Below, one piece after another: positions 35,996-44,542 of a stretch of 64,000 nt of DNA (within the stretch, counting starts at the first letter, position 1; every line of letters begins with the position of its first letter). The stretch comes from Candidatus Pacebacteria bacterium GW2011_GWA1_46_10 (lineage in GTDB: Bacteria > Patescibacteriota > Microgenomatia > UBA1400 > PJMF01), in the NCBI GenBank assembly GCA_001002135.1, contig LCLP01000003.1:41198-105197 (forward strand). Reading direction: 5' to 3'. The position numbers and the translations under genes were made by a program. Below the pieces are notes generated by a model that did not search any database, was not told the DNA's origin, and saw nothing but the letters and a program-made list of their open reading frames with translations.

Positions 35996-36649
35996 TTAAT
36001 TCGCCCCGGCCACCCGGCCGATTGATTGACGGTCGCGTTCCAGCATCTGTGTCGCCAATTTTTTGCGAGAGAGCGTCCCACCTCCTGGCCCGCCTGGGCC
36101 AATCGGGCCTTTGCGCGGTGAACTTGGGGGTGCAATGTCTTGCTGTTCTTTTAGTTCCAGTTCCCGTTTCTTTTTTTCCTTCTCCTCTTCCTCTGCCTTT
36201 TCTTTGACCATTTTTGCCTCAAATTTCTTTCTGGCTACTGCCTGCTGGTCTTCGGTTAGTTTTCCAAACCGTTCATTGAGTGCTTTTTTGCGCTGTTGTT
36301 CCTCAGGTGTATCTTCTGGATTGATATTCAACAAAGCATGGAGATCAAAAATGCCCGTCAAACCCTTTTTCACGTCTTGTACTGGTCGCTTAATCAACTC
36401 ATCTTTGACCGTACTGACTTCACGGGGTGGCGACGACTGTTGAGCAGGTGTCCGGCTCGAGTCGCCGGGCTGAGTAGCTGAACCACCAGCACTGTGTTGA
36501 GCATTCTGGGTGGTTTGTTGAGTTAATTGTTTTTGCCCAACAGCCGAGGCGGCAGCATTTTGCTCCAAATGCTCTTCGTCAAAGTGACCAAAACCTTGGC
36601 GAAACCCGCCGCCTTGGCGCGCCGCTACTCCGGGCAGTGCTGCTTTCAT
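35996..36649 (-). CDS. low-complexity (Gln/Glu/Lys/Pro-rich) hypothetical protein
   Basis: 217 aa, predicted disordered; KE-rich coiled segment EEEEKEKKKRELELKEQQ. Confidence 0.4.
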   Translation of the reverse strand: MKAALPGVAARQGGGFRQGFGHFDEEHLEQNAAASAVGQKQLTQQTTQNAQHSAGGSATQPGDSSRTPAQQSSPPREVSTVKDELIKRPVQDVKKGLTGIFDLHALLNINPEDTPEEQQRKKALNERFGKLTEDQQAVARKKFEAKMVKEKAEEEEKEKKKRELELKEQQDIAPPSSPRKGPIGPGGPGGGTLSRKKLATQMLERDRQSIGRVAGAN

Positions 36650-36990
36650 GGACCTTTCTGAATTTTAGTGTGATCGACTTGACGAATCTCAAACCCCGAT
36701 TGTTCACTCTCTTGAGTGGTCGGTGGTGTTTCTTCCGCTGGCGCCGGCGGTGAGGTTTTGGCCGCGGCCGCACTCGTCACTTGGTGTAAATCCGCCAATT
36801 GCGCTTGCAGTGCCGTTTCATCCTCCTGTTGCTGTTTGGCTTCCAAATCAGCCAACTGCTGGCGCTGTTTGGCTTCTTCCGCCGCCGGATCAACCTCTGG
36901 CTCAGCTCCAGTCGCAGCATTCCCCGGCTGTTTTTCTTTAATCACATCTTGCAAAGCAGCCAGAGGATCTTGGGTGGTATCGTCAGTCAT
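36646..36990 (-). CDS. low-complexity (Ala/Gln/Glu-rich) hypothetical protein
   Basis: 114 aa; ATGA overlap with downstream low-complexity ORF. Confidence 0.4.
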   Translation of the reverse strand: MTDDTTQDPLAALQDVIKEKQPGNAATGAEPEVDPAAEEAKQRQQLADLEAKQQQEDETALQAQLADLHQVTSAAAAKTSPPAPAEETPPTTQESEQSGFEIRQVDHTKIQKGP

Positions 36991-37036
36991 CTCTTACACA
37001 ATAACAATCTCAGGCAGACGAAGCAAGCGCAAGCCG

Positions 37037-37390
37037 TTACCACAGTTTGCCGCGATGGCGTTTCCGGCGGGAAATGGAGATGCGTTTCTCTTTTTCTTTA
37101 CGCACGTGACGCATGAGAGAGCGCACAGCTTCATTGACAGCCAGGTATAAATCGTGGGCTTGGCTTTTGACCGTCACCTTGCCTTTACCAGGGATATTAG
37201 CCTCCATTTGCACCGAAGCGCGGTGGGGATCGCTGTCTTTGCGGGTGATGTTTTCCAGGAAAACTCGCAGGCGCGCAATCGGTACCCCCAACCGTTGTAC
37301 TTTGTTAACCTGTTCGTCAATAAACCGCCGCAGTGCTCGGGTAGGCTTCATGTTTTTCGCTTGAATAAGAGTCTTCATGCGGGGAACCAT
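37037..37390 (-). CDS. hpf: ribosome hibernation promoting factor / RaiA-like (start uncertain)
   Basis: ..RFIDEQVNKVQRLGVPIARLRVFL...GKGKVTVKSQAHDLYLAVNEAVRSLMRHVRKEKEK matches YfiA/HPF beta-alpha-beta-beta-beta-alpha fold pattern. Confidence 0.65.
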   Translation of the reverse strand: MVPRMKTLIQAKNMKPTRALRRFIDEQVNKVQRLGVPIARLRVFLENITRKDSDPHRASVQMEANIPGKGKVTVKSQAHDLYLAVNEAVRSLMRHVRKEKEKRISISRRKRHRGKLW

Positions 37391-37426
37391 GCTGGTATTA
37401 GTGTACCACGAGTCATTTTGGGCGAG

Positions 37427-38038
37427 TTACATTTCCCGCCGGCCTTCTAGGGCGCGGGCCAAGGTCACCCCGTCAGCGTATTCGATGTCGGCCCCGATCG
37501 GCAAACCATGGCCAATCCGGGTGATTTTCATTTCCTTCAAATGGGGATCTTTGCTTTGCTTGAGCATTTCAGTGATATACAGTGCCGTCGCTTCCCCTTC
37601 CAGTGTTGGGTTAGTAGCCAAAATCAGTTCATCAACTGTCTTTAGACGTTTCAGAATGTCCTTCAAATACAACTGATCAGGCCCAATATTATTTAAGGGT
37701 GAAATCGCGCCGTGTAGCACGTGATAGCGGCCGTGATAGGTATCTGACCGTTCTAGTGCCAAGAGATCAAGTGGCTGTTCCACCACGCACAGCATTGTTT
37801 CGTCACGTGACTGATCACTACAAATCCCACAAGGATTGTGTTCTGCCACGTTGTGACAGTTATCACACATCACGGTTTCCTTTTTGAGCGCTGTTAATTT
37901 GTCAGCAAAGTCAGTCAGTTCATGATCTGGGTTATGAAGCAAGTAAAACACCAAACGCTGGGCAGATTTTGGGCCAATACCAGGCAAGCGTTCAAATTTT
38001 TCGATTAGGCGTGTGACTGCCTTGGGCAACTTCTGCAT
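37427..38038 (-). CDS. recR: recombination protein RecR
   Basis: 203 aa; HhH N-terminus, C4 zinc finger CDNCHNVAEHNPCGIC, Toprim domain. Confidence 0.9.
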   Translation of the reverse strand: MQKLPKAVTRLIEKFERLPGIGPKSAQRLVFYLLHNPDHELTDFADKLTALKKETVMCDNCHNVAEHNPCGICSDQSRDETMLCVVEQPLDLLALERSDTYHGRYHVLHGAISPLNNIGPDQLYLKDILKRLKTVDELILATNPTLEGEATALYITEMLKQSKDPHLKEMKITRIGHGLPIGADIEYADGVTLARALEGRREM

Positions 38039-38081
38039 ACATCAACCTTACAAAGACAAACTCCATCAAACAATAGGAAAA

Positions 38082-38732
38082 TTATAATCCCAGTTTCTCC
38101 TCTACGGTCTGCCAAACGGCTTGCTCAACGTCTGTCACTGGTTTGTTGGCGTCAATCATGACCCAGCGCTCACCTTTATTTTCTTTGGCCAGTTGTACAT
38201 ATGCCTCTCTGACTTTTTGGTGAAAACCGTCATTCTGCATATCCAGCCGATCAACCTTAGCTGTGCCGTTGCGCCGTTTCAGACCGACTTCCACCGGTGC
38301 ATCAAGTAAAATCGTCAAATTCGGCACAGTCTTTTTGGTCGAAATGTCATTCAACTGTTCAATTAACTCTCGACCAAAACCCCTAACCATCCCTTGATAG
38401 ACCACACTGCTATCGCGGCTGCGATCCATTAACACAATCTTCCCCTCTTCAAGCGCCGGAATCACTACTTCCCGGTAAATTTGTGCCCGTGCGGCCTGAA
38501 ACAACAGCACCTCGGTCGTGTCTTTCATGCCGGTATTTTTAGCTGATAACACCACTGCTCGGATCTGCTCACTAATCACTGTGCCGCCTGGTTCACGAAC
38601 CGCTACCACGTCTTTACCCGCGGCTTGCAGACGCTTCATCAAGAGACCTGCCTGAACTGTTTTCCCGACACCTTCACCACCTTCTAGGGCGATCAGAAAT
38701 CCTGGTTGAGAGTGGTTGGTTGATGGCTGCAT
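38082..38732 (-). CDS. tmk: thymidylate kinase
   Basis: P-loop ALEGGEGVGKTVQA, DRSRDSSVVYQG (DRx), LID region. Confidence 0.85.
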   Translation of the reverse strand: MQPSTNHSQPGFLIALEGGEGVGKTVQAGLLMKRLQAAGKDVVAVREPGGTVISEQIRAVVLSAKNTGMKDTTEVLLFQAARAQIYREVVIPALEEGKIVLMDRSRDSSVVYQGMVRGFGRELIEQLNDISTKKTVPNLTILLDAPVEVGLKRRNGTAKVDRLDMQNDGFHQKVREAYVQLAKENKGERWVMIDANKPVTDVEQAVWQTVEEKLGL

Positions 38733-38826
38733 GAAACTGACTGTCTTATTTCATACCGCAATCGCGACCAACACTCAACCAGCAAAAAGACTGGGTGAAG
38801 CGATCGGCAATGGATTAGGCAAGGAT

Positions 38827-39309
38827 TTAGTGACGACCGGTGCTGCCAAAACCACCGCGATTTTTGGTGTTAAACTTCGTTTTCTCCACAAACTGGACTG
38901 GCTCACGCTGGAGAATAATCGCCTGGACAATGCGCTCGCCTTTTTTGATTGTCACGGCTTTATTGGTAAAATTGAAGAGCACGGCGTGGTACTCGTCACT
39001 GTCACCGCGGTAGTCAAAATCCCCCACGCCGATGCCGTTGGGCATCATTAAGCCTTTCTGGTGCAAAGAACTGCGAGCGACGATCAGCACCCAATGATCG
39101 GCGGGGATTTGTAAAGCAATGTTGAGTGGGACAAGGGCCGTTTTTTTCGGACCGATAGTGGTTTCTTGCCTGGCATAGAGATCAAAAGCGGCCGCCCCGC
39201 TGGTTTTGTACTCTGGTAAAGGTAAATTTTTATCAAAACGCTTAATGGTAATTTTCATCATTCTAGTAATATACCCTACTTCGCAGCAGTCACCTCTCGT
39301 TCTTGTCAA
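38827..39309 (-). CDS. dut: dUTP diphosphatase
   Basis: dUTPase motifs ..SGAAAFDLYA.., ..GVGDFDYRGD.., C-terminal RGGFGSTG; probable start MMKITIK at 39264. Confidence 0.85.
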   Translation of the reverse strand: MTRTRGDCCEVGYITRMMKITIKRFDKNLPLPEYKTSGAAAFDLYARQETTIGPKKTALVPLNIALQIPADHWVLIVARSSLHQKGLMMPNGIGVGDFDYRGDSDEYHAVLFNFTNKAVTIKKGERIVQAIILQREPVQFVEKTKFNTKNRGGFGSTGRH

Positions 39310-39367
39310 ATATTGTCCGACAGACTTAAAAAGTCATTTTCTGAAACATATCTCTCTTTTCCAAAAC

Positions 39368-39417
39368 GACTCTCAATTTTTGTAATACAATGTATTACAG
39401 ATTTAAGGAGTCATTTC
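39368..39417. repeat. 50-nt palindromic element (copy 1), GACTCTCAATTTTTGTAATACAATGTATTACAGATTTAAGGAGTCATTTC, upstream of dut
   Basis: 49/50 identical to 47091-47140; core perfect palindrome TGTAATACA-A-TGTATTACA flanked by GACTC/GAGTC. Confidence 0.6.
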
Positions 39418-39429
39418 CAAAAACCGACA

Positions 39430-40233
39430 TTACTTCCCACCCTTTTTCCATTGACCATTCATTAGCACCGGCGCATAGACATCATCAGCAGGTTCGATCA
39501 AGAGAGCCCTTAACTCGATCTCAGTCGGCGGTCGATCTTGCCAAACCACTGGTTGATTGACATCCGTTACCACGGCGAGCGGTCGACGTTCATCGCTCTC
39601 TCCCATCTCGAGTGCCGCGGCAATGCCGACTGCCTCGGCCACATTAACCTGCGTCATCTCGAGTCTTTTGCCAAATAAATCCGGCTGACCAATTTTATTA
39701 ATCAACACTTCAAACCCACAACTAGCGATCGCCGTACCTGTCACTCCCCACTTGAGCGGTACCGTTTTACTGTCGGTGACAATCACCCCCAACTCCCTAA
39801 CCTTGAACTGCTGGCGGAGAAACTGCCAAATATTATTGGTGGTCACTTGTAGCTTTTCCGGCCACAGTACGTAATGGTTGTCGGCGTTTGACTGATCAAT
39901 GCCGGCGTTGACCGCGAGAATCGAGTTTTTGATGGTTAACATCAAATCATATTTAGATTGAGTTGGCTCCAAATACAAATCAGCTTCTCTGCGCACTAAG
40001 TCGTGTTTTAGATCTCGATCACTGCCGTCAACCGGCACCAGTCTGTTTTGCGCAAAACTGATGATTTTGGAAGTGATGACGACAAAACTTTTCTCTGGCA
40101 GTTGAGCAATATTTTGGGCCAAAAATTGGTGGAGGTCTTCACCTGGTTGAAACAGCGGTGTGTGAATGGCAGTCACGTGCATTGGCGGTATTGTACCAAT
40201 CAAACTGATTACTGGTACAATCTGACCATTCAT
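39430..40233 (-). CDS. CofE-family (F420-0:gamma-glutamyl ligase-like) protein
   Basis: 267 aa; ..VVITSKIISFAQNR.. and ..AVNAGIDQSNAD.. resemble CofE/PF01996 signatures. Confidence 0.55.
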   Translation of the reverse strand: MNGQIVPVISLIGTIPPMHVTAIHTPLFQPGEDLHQFLAQNIAQLPEKSFVVITSKIISFAQNRLVPVDGSDRDLKHDLVRREADLYLEPTQSKYDLMLTIKNSILAVNAGIDQSNADNHYVLWPEKLQVTTNNIWQFLRQQFKVRELGVIVTDSKTVPLKWGVTGTAIASCGFEVLINKIGQPDLFGKRLEMTQVNVAEAVGIAAALEMGESDERRPLAVVTDVNQPVVWQDRPPTEIELRALLIEPADDVYAPVLMNGQWKKGGK

Positions 40234-40816
40234 GATTGACGCAGCTAATGGCCATAAGGTCGCTACTAGCTACCAAGCGGTGAAGCAGTTTATCAAAAAC
40301 GCTCGACGACTGAAGAAAAAAATCGTCCTCACTCAGGGTTCATTCGACATGCTCCACATTGGCCATGCCCGCTATTGTCGTGAGGCGAAAAAGCACGGCG
40401 ACACACTGATTGTTGGTGTTGATAGCGACGAGAAAATTCGCGCCCGCAAAGGCGAGGGGCGACCAATCGTGCCTCAAGCAGAACGCTTAGAAATGCTCAC
40501 TCACCTGGAGTACGTCGACCTCGTTGTCCTCAAAGAACTCAACACCCCCAAATGGGAACTGATCAAAATTGTCCGACCTGATGTCTTGATTGCCACCGCG
40601 CAGACATATACCCAACCTCAAATTGAAGAACTCGAGCAAATCTGTGGCCAGGTAGTGGTGTTACAGCCGATGGCGACTACCTCCACCAGCGCCAAGTTGC
40701 GCCTGATGCAGATCGAGGCGGCCCAAAAAATTCAGCAGACACTGACGAGCAAATTAATTAGTACCATCGAGGAAACTCTGCGTGAGCTTAAAGGCGAAAA
40801 AAAACCAGCCCGTTAA
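40232..40816 (+). CDS. cytidylyltransferase-like nucleotidyltransferase
   Basis: 194 aa; (H/T)xGH-type motif TQGSFDMLHIGHARY as in TagD/RfaE-II/NMNAT-like Rossmann nucleotidyltransferases. Confidence 0.6.
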   Translation: MIDAANGHKVATSYQAVKQFIKNARRLKKKIVLTQGSFDMLHIGHARYCREAKKHGDTLIVGVDSDEKIRARKGEGRPIVPQAERLEMLTHLEYVDLVVLKELNTPKWELIKIVRPDVLIATAQTYTQPQIEELEQICGQVVVLQPMATTSTSAKLRLMQIEAAQKIQQTLTSKLISTIEETLRELKGEKKPAR

Positions 40817-41666
40817 AATTCAATCCAAGAAACAACGGCAAGTCTTGGTGGTCTACGTACCGGTAGTCCATGAGGGGTATCATCAGTTTTTCAGTCGTTT
40901 CCCAGATGCAAAAGAATTGTGGCTGATTGGCCGTGATTTGGCCCACGAATTGAGGGCGTTGCAAAAAGATTTACGGGCGCTGGAACCAACTCAAGTGAAA
41001 AAACTGCTTGATGCTTGGCAAAGGTTTAACAAAATCGAGGTCCTCACCCCCCAAAACTTACTCCGTTTGCAACAGACTCCTGCTCAACTCGTCTTTGCCA
41101 ACGATGAAATCAGTCGTCACTTAGTGAAAAAATACTTCGCTGGTCATCGGGTTTTATTCGATACTACTTTTCTGATGTGGGATGAAAAAAGCTCACTGAA
41201 AGAGAATGAATTACAGGAATATATCACCATTTCGAGTAAAGAATTTGATCAAAAAATGCTCCAACTGGCGGTGGCCGAGTCAGTTAAAAGCGGTGACTGG
41301 TGGCGGCATGTCGGCGGGGTGATTTTAAAAGACGGCGCGGTCCTCCTTAAAGCACACAACCAACATGTGCCAACCGAGTACGAAGTCTATTATGAGGGCG
41401 ATCCCAGAGCCAACTTTCATAAAGGTGAGTACTTAAAGGTCTCCACCGCTATTCATGTTGAGGCGTATTTGATCGCTCAGGCGGCCAAACAAGGTATTTC
41501 CCTCGAGGGGGCCGATCTATACGCTACCCACTTCCCCTGCCCTGTCTGCGCCAAACAGGTGGCCTATAGTGGCATTAAGCGGGTGTTTTTTCGTGAGGGC
41601 TACAGTGTCTTAGACGGCGAAAAAGTGCTGCGCGCCAATGGCGTTGAATTGATTAAAGTGAGCTAA
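40782..41666 (+). CDS. dCMP/cytidine deaminase-family protein with N-terminal extension
   Basis: C-terminal zinc motif HVEAYLI...THFPCPVCAKQV (H-x-E ... PCxxC); ~150-aa N-terminal region of unknown function. Confidence 0.65.
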   Translation: MSLKAKKNQPVKIQSKKQRQVLVVYVPVVHEGYHQFFSRFPDAKELWLIGRDLAHELRALQKDLRALEPTQVKKLLDAWQRFNKIEVLTPQNLLRLQQTPAQLVFANDEISRHLVKKYFAGHRVLFDTTFLMWDEKSSLKENELQEYITISSKEFDQKMLQLAVAESVKSGDWWRHVGGVILKDGAVLLKAHNQHVPTEYEVYYEGDPRANFHKGEYLKVSTAIHVEAYLIAQAAKQGISLEGADLYATHFPCPVCAKQVAYSGIKRVFFREGYSVLDGEKVLRANGVELIKVS

Positions 41667-42147
41667 CTTCCCCTTTACCAATTTTGAAACGGGTGGGTTT
41701 GAAACCAGGCTTACCAATGTCCGGAATAATCAGTTGGGCGTGCAGATGTTTAACGGTACCAGCGGAGTAACTGGTATCCCCAAACCGCATCGCCAACCCA
41801 CCACCGGGAATGTCGAACTCCTTTTCTGCCCAAGAAAGCATCGTAAAGTAATCTGCTCCCTCCTCTGGTGAAAGTTCACTGAGACGCTCTTTGTGGGTTT
41901 TGAGAATCAGCATGAAATGATCGCGCGTGTTTTCGTACGGCCAAGCGTTGCGGGTAAACACCCAGTGCTTGGTTTCTTTCAAAATCGGGGTACGGTGATA
42001 CTTTTTGAGGACATCAAAACAAAATGGACATTCTCCCGCCTCAATGATTTCCTCCATCACTTTGACCTGTTCTGGTTCGCGAGTGTTGTCGATGTCCACG
42101 AATTGACTGGGACCGGTAAACTTGGTGGATTTGGCTAATGGTGACAT
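41653..42147 (-). CDS. HIT-superfamily protein, GalT/Ap4A-phosphorylase-like branch (HxHxQ)
   Basis: 164 aa; N-terminal CxxC (CPFCFD), C-terminal VKHLHAQLIIP (H-x-H-x-Q) nucleotide-binding motif. Confidence 0.5.
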   Translation of the reverse strand: MSPLAKSTKFTGPSQFVDIDNTREPEQVKVMEEIIEAGECPFCFDVLKKYHRTPILKETKHWVFTRNAWPYENTRDHFMLILKTHKERLSELSPEEGADYFTMLSWAEKEFDIPGGGLAMRFGDTSYSAGTVKHLHAQLIIPDIGKPGFKPTRFKIGKGEVSSL

Positions 42148-42197
42148 ATTTATTTTTGGCCTATATCAAAATTGATATCTCCATTTTTCGATCTATT

Positions 42198-43100
42198 TTA
42201 AACTGAAACAGGGAAATCCCAAATCCCCGGGTGTGGATCATAATCGCTTAACTCAAAATCCGTCGCCCGGTATTGAAAAATGTCCTGGTGTTTTTTCTTC
42301 AAGGTCATGGTCGGAAACGCTCGATCTTCGCGCTTCAGCATTTCCTCTACTCTAGAAATCTGGTCTACGTAAATATGAGCATCAGAAATGGTGTGGACGT
42401 ATTCATAGGGCTCAACCCCCAACACCTGTGCCACAGCGATCAGCAAAGCGGCGTACTGGACCATATTGGCTGGCACACCGACCGGCACGTCACCGGAGCG
42501 CTGGAACATGTGGAGAGTGAGTTTGCCATCAAGGATTCGGAAATGAATCCAGCCATGACAGGGACAGACCACCACTTTTTGGGTCTTGCCCTTCCGTTTT
42601 CGACGCGCAATATATTGCGGTACCCAAGGAGTAATAAAATGCGTACGCAGATGCGGCAACACTTTCATTTCTTCAATGATGTCCTTAAATTGATTGTGTG
42701 TCGGGCCTTCACTGGTCGGAAAATCATGAAACGCCGCACCATAAGAGCCGGGCCCTAAGTCACCTGGAGCCAAACCACGCTTTTTGGTTTTGCGCTCCAC
42801 CCCCCATGGCGCCCACCAGTAGCAGCCAAACTCCTCGAGTTGTTTGAGCGTTCTGGCGCCATTGATGAAGGCGAAAATCTCACCAATAGCCTGCGTCCAC
42901 ATCTTCTCACTAATCTTGCGTTCAGTGATCATCGGGAAGCCATTAGCAAGCTTAAAGTGCATTGGTTTGGGGCCGATGAGTGTCAATGCGTCAGTTTCTA
43001 GTTGAGTGCCAGTGCGCACGCCCTTTTCCAGGATTTCCCGCAACAAATCCTTGTATTGATGATCGGGGGTGCGTTGATTGATGGGAAGATGCTCAAGCAT
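42198..43100 (-). CDS. thyA: thymidylate synthase family protein (ThyA-like, with insertions)
   Basis: 300 aa; catalytic-Cys motif VVVCPCHGWIHF and ..FQRSGDVPVGVPANMVQYAALL.. align with ThyA PCH and QRS(C)D...YALL blocks; ~35 extra residues in two Lys/Arg-rich inserts. Confidence 0.7.
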   Translation of the reverse strand: MLEHLPINQRTPDHQYKDLLREILEKGVRTGTQLETDALTLIGPKPMHFKLANGFPMITERKISEKMWTQAIGEIFAFINGARTLKQLEEFGCYWWAPWGVERKTKKRGLAPGDLGPGSYGAAFHDFPTSEGPTHNQFKDIIEEMKVLPHLRTHFITPWVPQYIARRKRKGKTQKVVVCPCHGWIHFRILDGKLTLHMFQRSGDVPVGVPANMVQYAALLIAVAQVLGVEPYEYVHTISDAHIYVDQISRVEEMLKREDRAFPTMTLKKKHQDIFQYRATDFELSDYDPHPGIWDFPVSV

Positions 43101-43105
43101 AGCGC

Positions 43106-43843
43106 CTATTCTAACGTATATGGCACGACGTGCTTGAACCGCGTGCGGTTAATTTGATCGATCACTTGTTTGACTATTTTTTTATCCACACCGGTGACTT
43201 CGTCGGGTTTTTTGCTCTGGTCTATGAGTTGCGTCATTACTTTGTCCGCGTCTTCGTACGTAAACCCCAGCTCTTTTTCATCAGTTTGACCGGTCCAAAG
43301 ACCAGCTGAGGGCACTTGAGTGATGAACTTCTCAGGGATCTTGAGCTTGCGGGCTAACTCTCTCACCTGAGTTTTATAGAGGCCAACAAGTGGTTCCACA
43401 TCCGAAGCACCATCACCGTAGCGGGTAAAGTACCCAAGATAGTGCTCCGATTTATTCTCTGTGCCACACACCAGTGCAGCCATTTTTTTAGCCAGATCAA
43501 AGACCGCGATCATTCTCACCCGCGCCATCACGTTACCTAGTCTGATTTTGTCCGCGGCGTCAATCAAGAGAGTCGCTTGGAACTGATCCACCGTGGAACC
43601 AATATTAATCTCACGCCAATTTTGTTTGGGAATTTCATTCCAGGCTGCTATTTCCTTGGCGTCTGTCGTATCTTGCTCGTGGTAAGGCAGAAAAACCGGA
43701 TACACGTCACCCGCGCCCAGCGCTTGAGTTAATAGCGTTAATGACACCGCGCTATCAATCCCACCAGAAACGGCAATCACTCCCCTCGTTTTTCCAGCCT
43801 GCTGATAGGTTTGCTGTAAAAAGCGAACTAACTGGTCACTCAT
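43106..43843 (-). CDS. nadE: NH3-dependent NAD+ synthetase
   Basis: 245 aa; PP-loop GVIAVSGGIDSAVS, ..GTENKSE.. Confidence 0.9.
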   Translation of the reverse strand: MSDQLVRFLQQTYQQAGKTRGVIAVSGGIDSAVSLTLLTQALGAGDVYPVFLPYHEQDTTDAKEIAAWNEIPKQNWREINIGSTVDQFQATLLIDAADKIRLGNVMARVRMIAVFDLAKKMAALVCGTENKSEHYLGYFTRYGDGASDVEPLVGLYKTQVRELARKLKIPEKFITQVPSAGLWTGQTDEKELGFTYEDADKVMTQLIDQSKKPDEVTGVDKKIVKQVIDQINRTRFKHVVPYTLE

Positions 43844-43869
43844 ACTGGTTATTATACGGGTCTAACAAA

Positions 43870-44448
43870 TTATGGCTGGTAAAGTTGGTGCTTTTGAATA
43901 TACTTGGCCACTTTTGGATTAACCAACCGGTCGATCTCTTCACCTCTTTTCACTTTCTCTCGCACCTCTGTCGAGGAGTACATCCATTCCGGCGCGTCTT
44001 TTAACGGCATCATGTTCTGGTAAAGTGGTTTAAAAGATGAACCTTCACGAGGATAGACGTAGAAACGGTATTTTTTGAGCATATCAAGGTACGTTCTTTC
44101 CTGACTATCCACCCACCGGTGAAAATCCGGCAGTCGATCAGAACCAACGATCCAAGAGAACGTATGCTGTGGGTATTTGGCCGAAAGATAATCAAGCGTC
44201 TCGTGCGAGTAGCTTACCCCCTCTTTTTCTTGCTCGTACATCTCTACTTTCACTCGCGGATCATCAACCATTAGCTGAACCATCGCCACCCGGTGCTGCG
44301 CCAGACTCATCGGTTTGGCGAAGGGATGCTGTTTGGCCGGCACGTACCGGACTTCGTCGGCGATTTTGTGCTCCAGAAGATAGTGCGTAATTTCCTGATG
44401 GCCGCGGTGAGGTGGATCAAAAGCACCACCAAATAAAATGATATTCAT
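43870..44448 (-). CDS. nadD: nicotinate-nucleotide adenylyltransferase
   Basis: 192 aa; GGAFDPPHRGH (HxGH) motif. Confidence 0.85.
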   Translation of the reverse strand: MNIILFGGAFDPPHRGHQEITHYLLEHKIADEVRYVPAKQHPFAKPMSLAQHRVAMVQLMVDDPRVKVEMYEQEKEGVSYSHETLDYLSAKYPQHTFSWIVGSDRLPDFHRWVDSQERTYLDMLKKYRFYVYPREGSSFKPLYQNMMPLKDAPEWMYSSTEVREKVKRGEEIDRLVNPKVAKYIQKHQLYQP

Positions 44449-44542
44449 AGTTTCATCTTTTCACTTTTTTCTTGGCAAGCCGAACTCGTCCCGCCACGGC
44501 GGGACTCAAACATTCGTTTGCGGTAGAAAAAAGGAAAAGATT

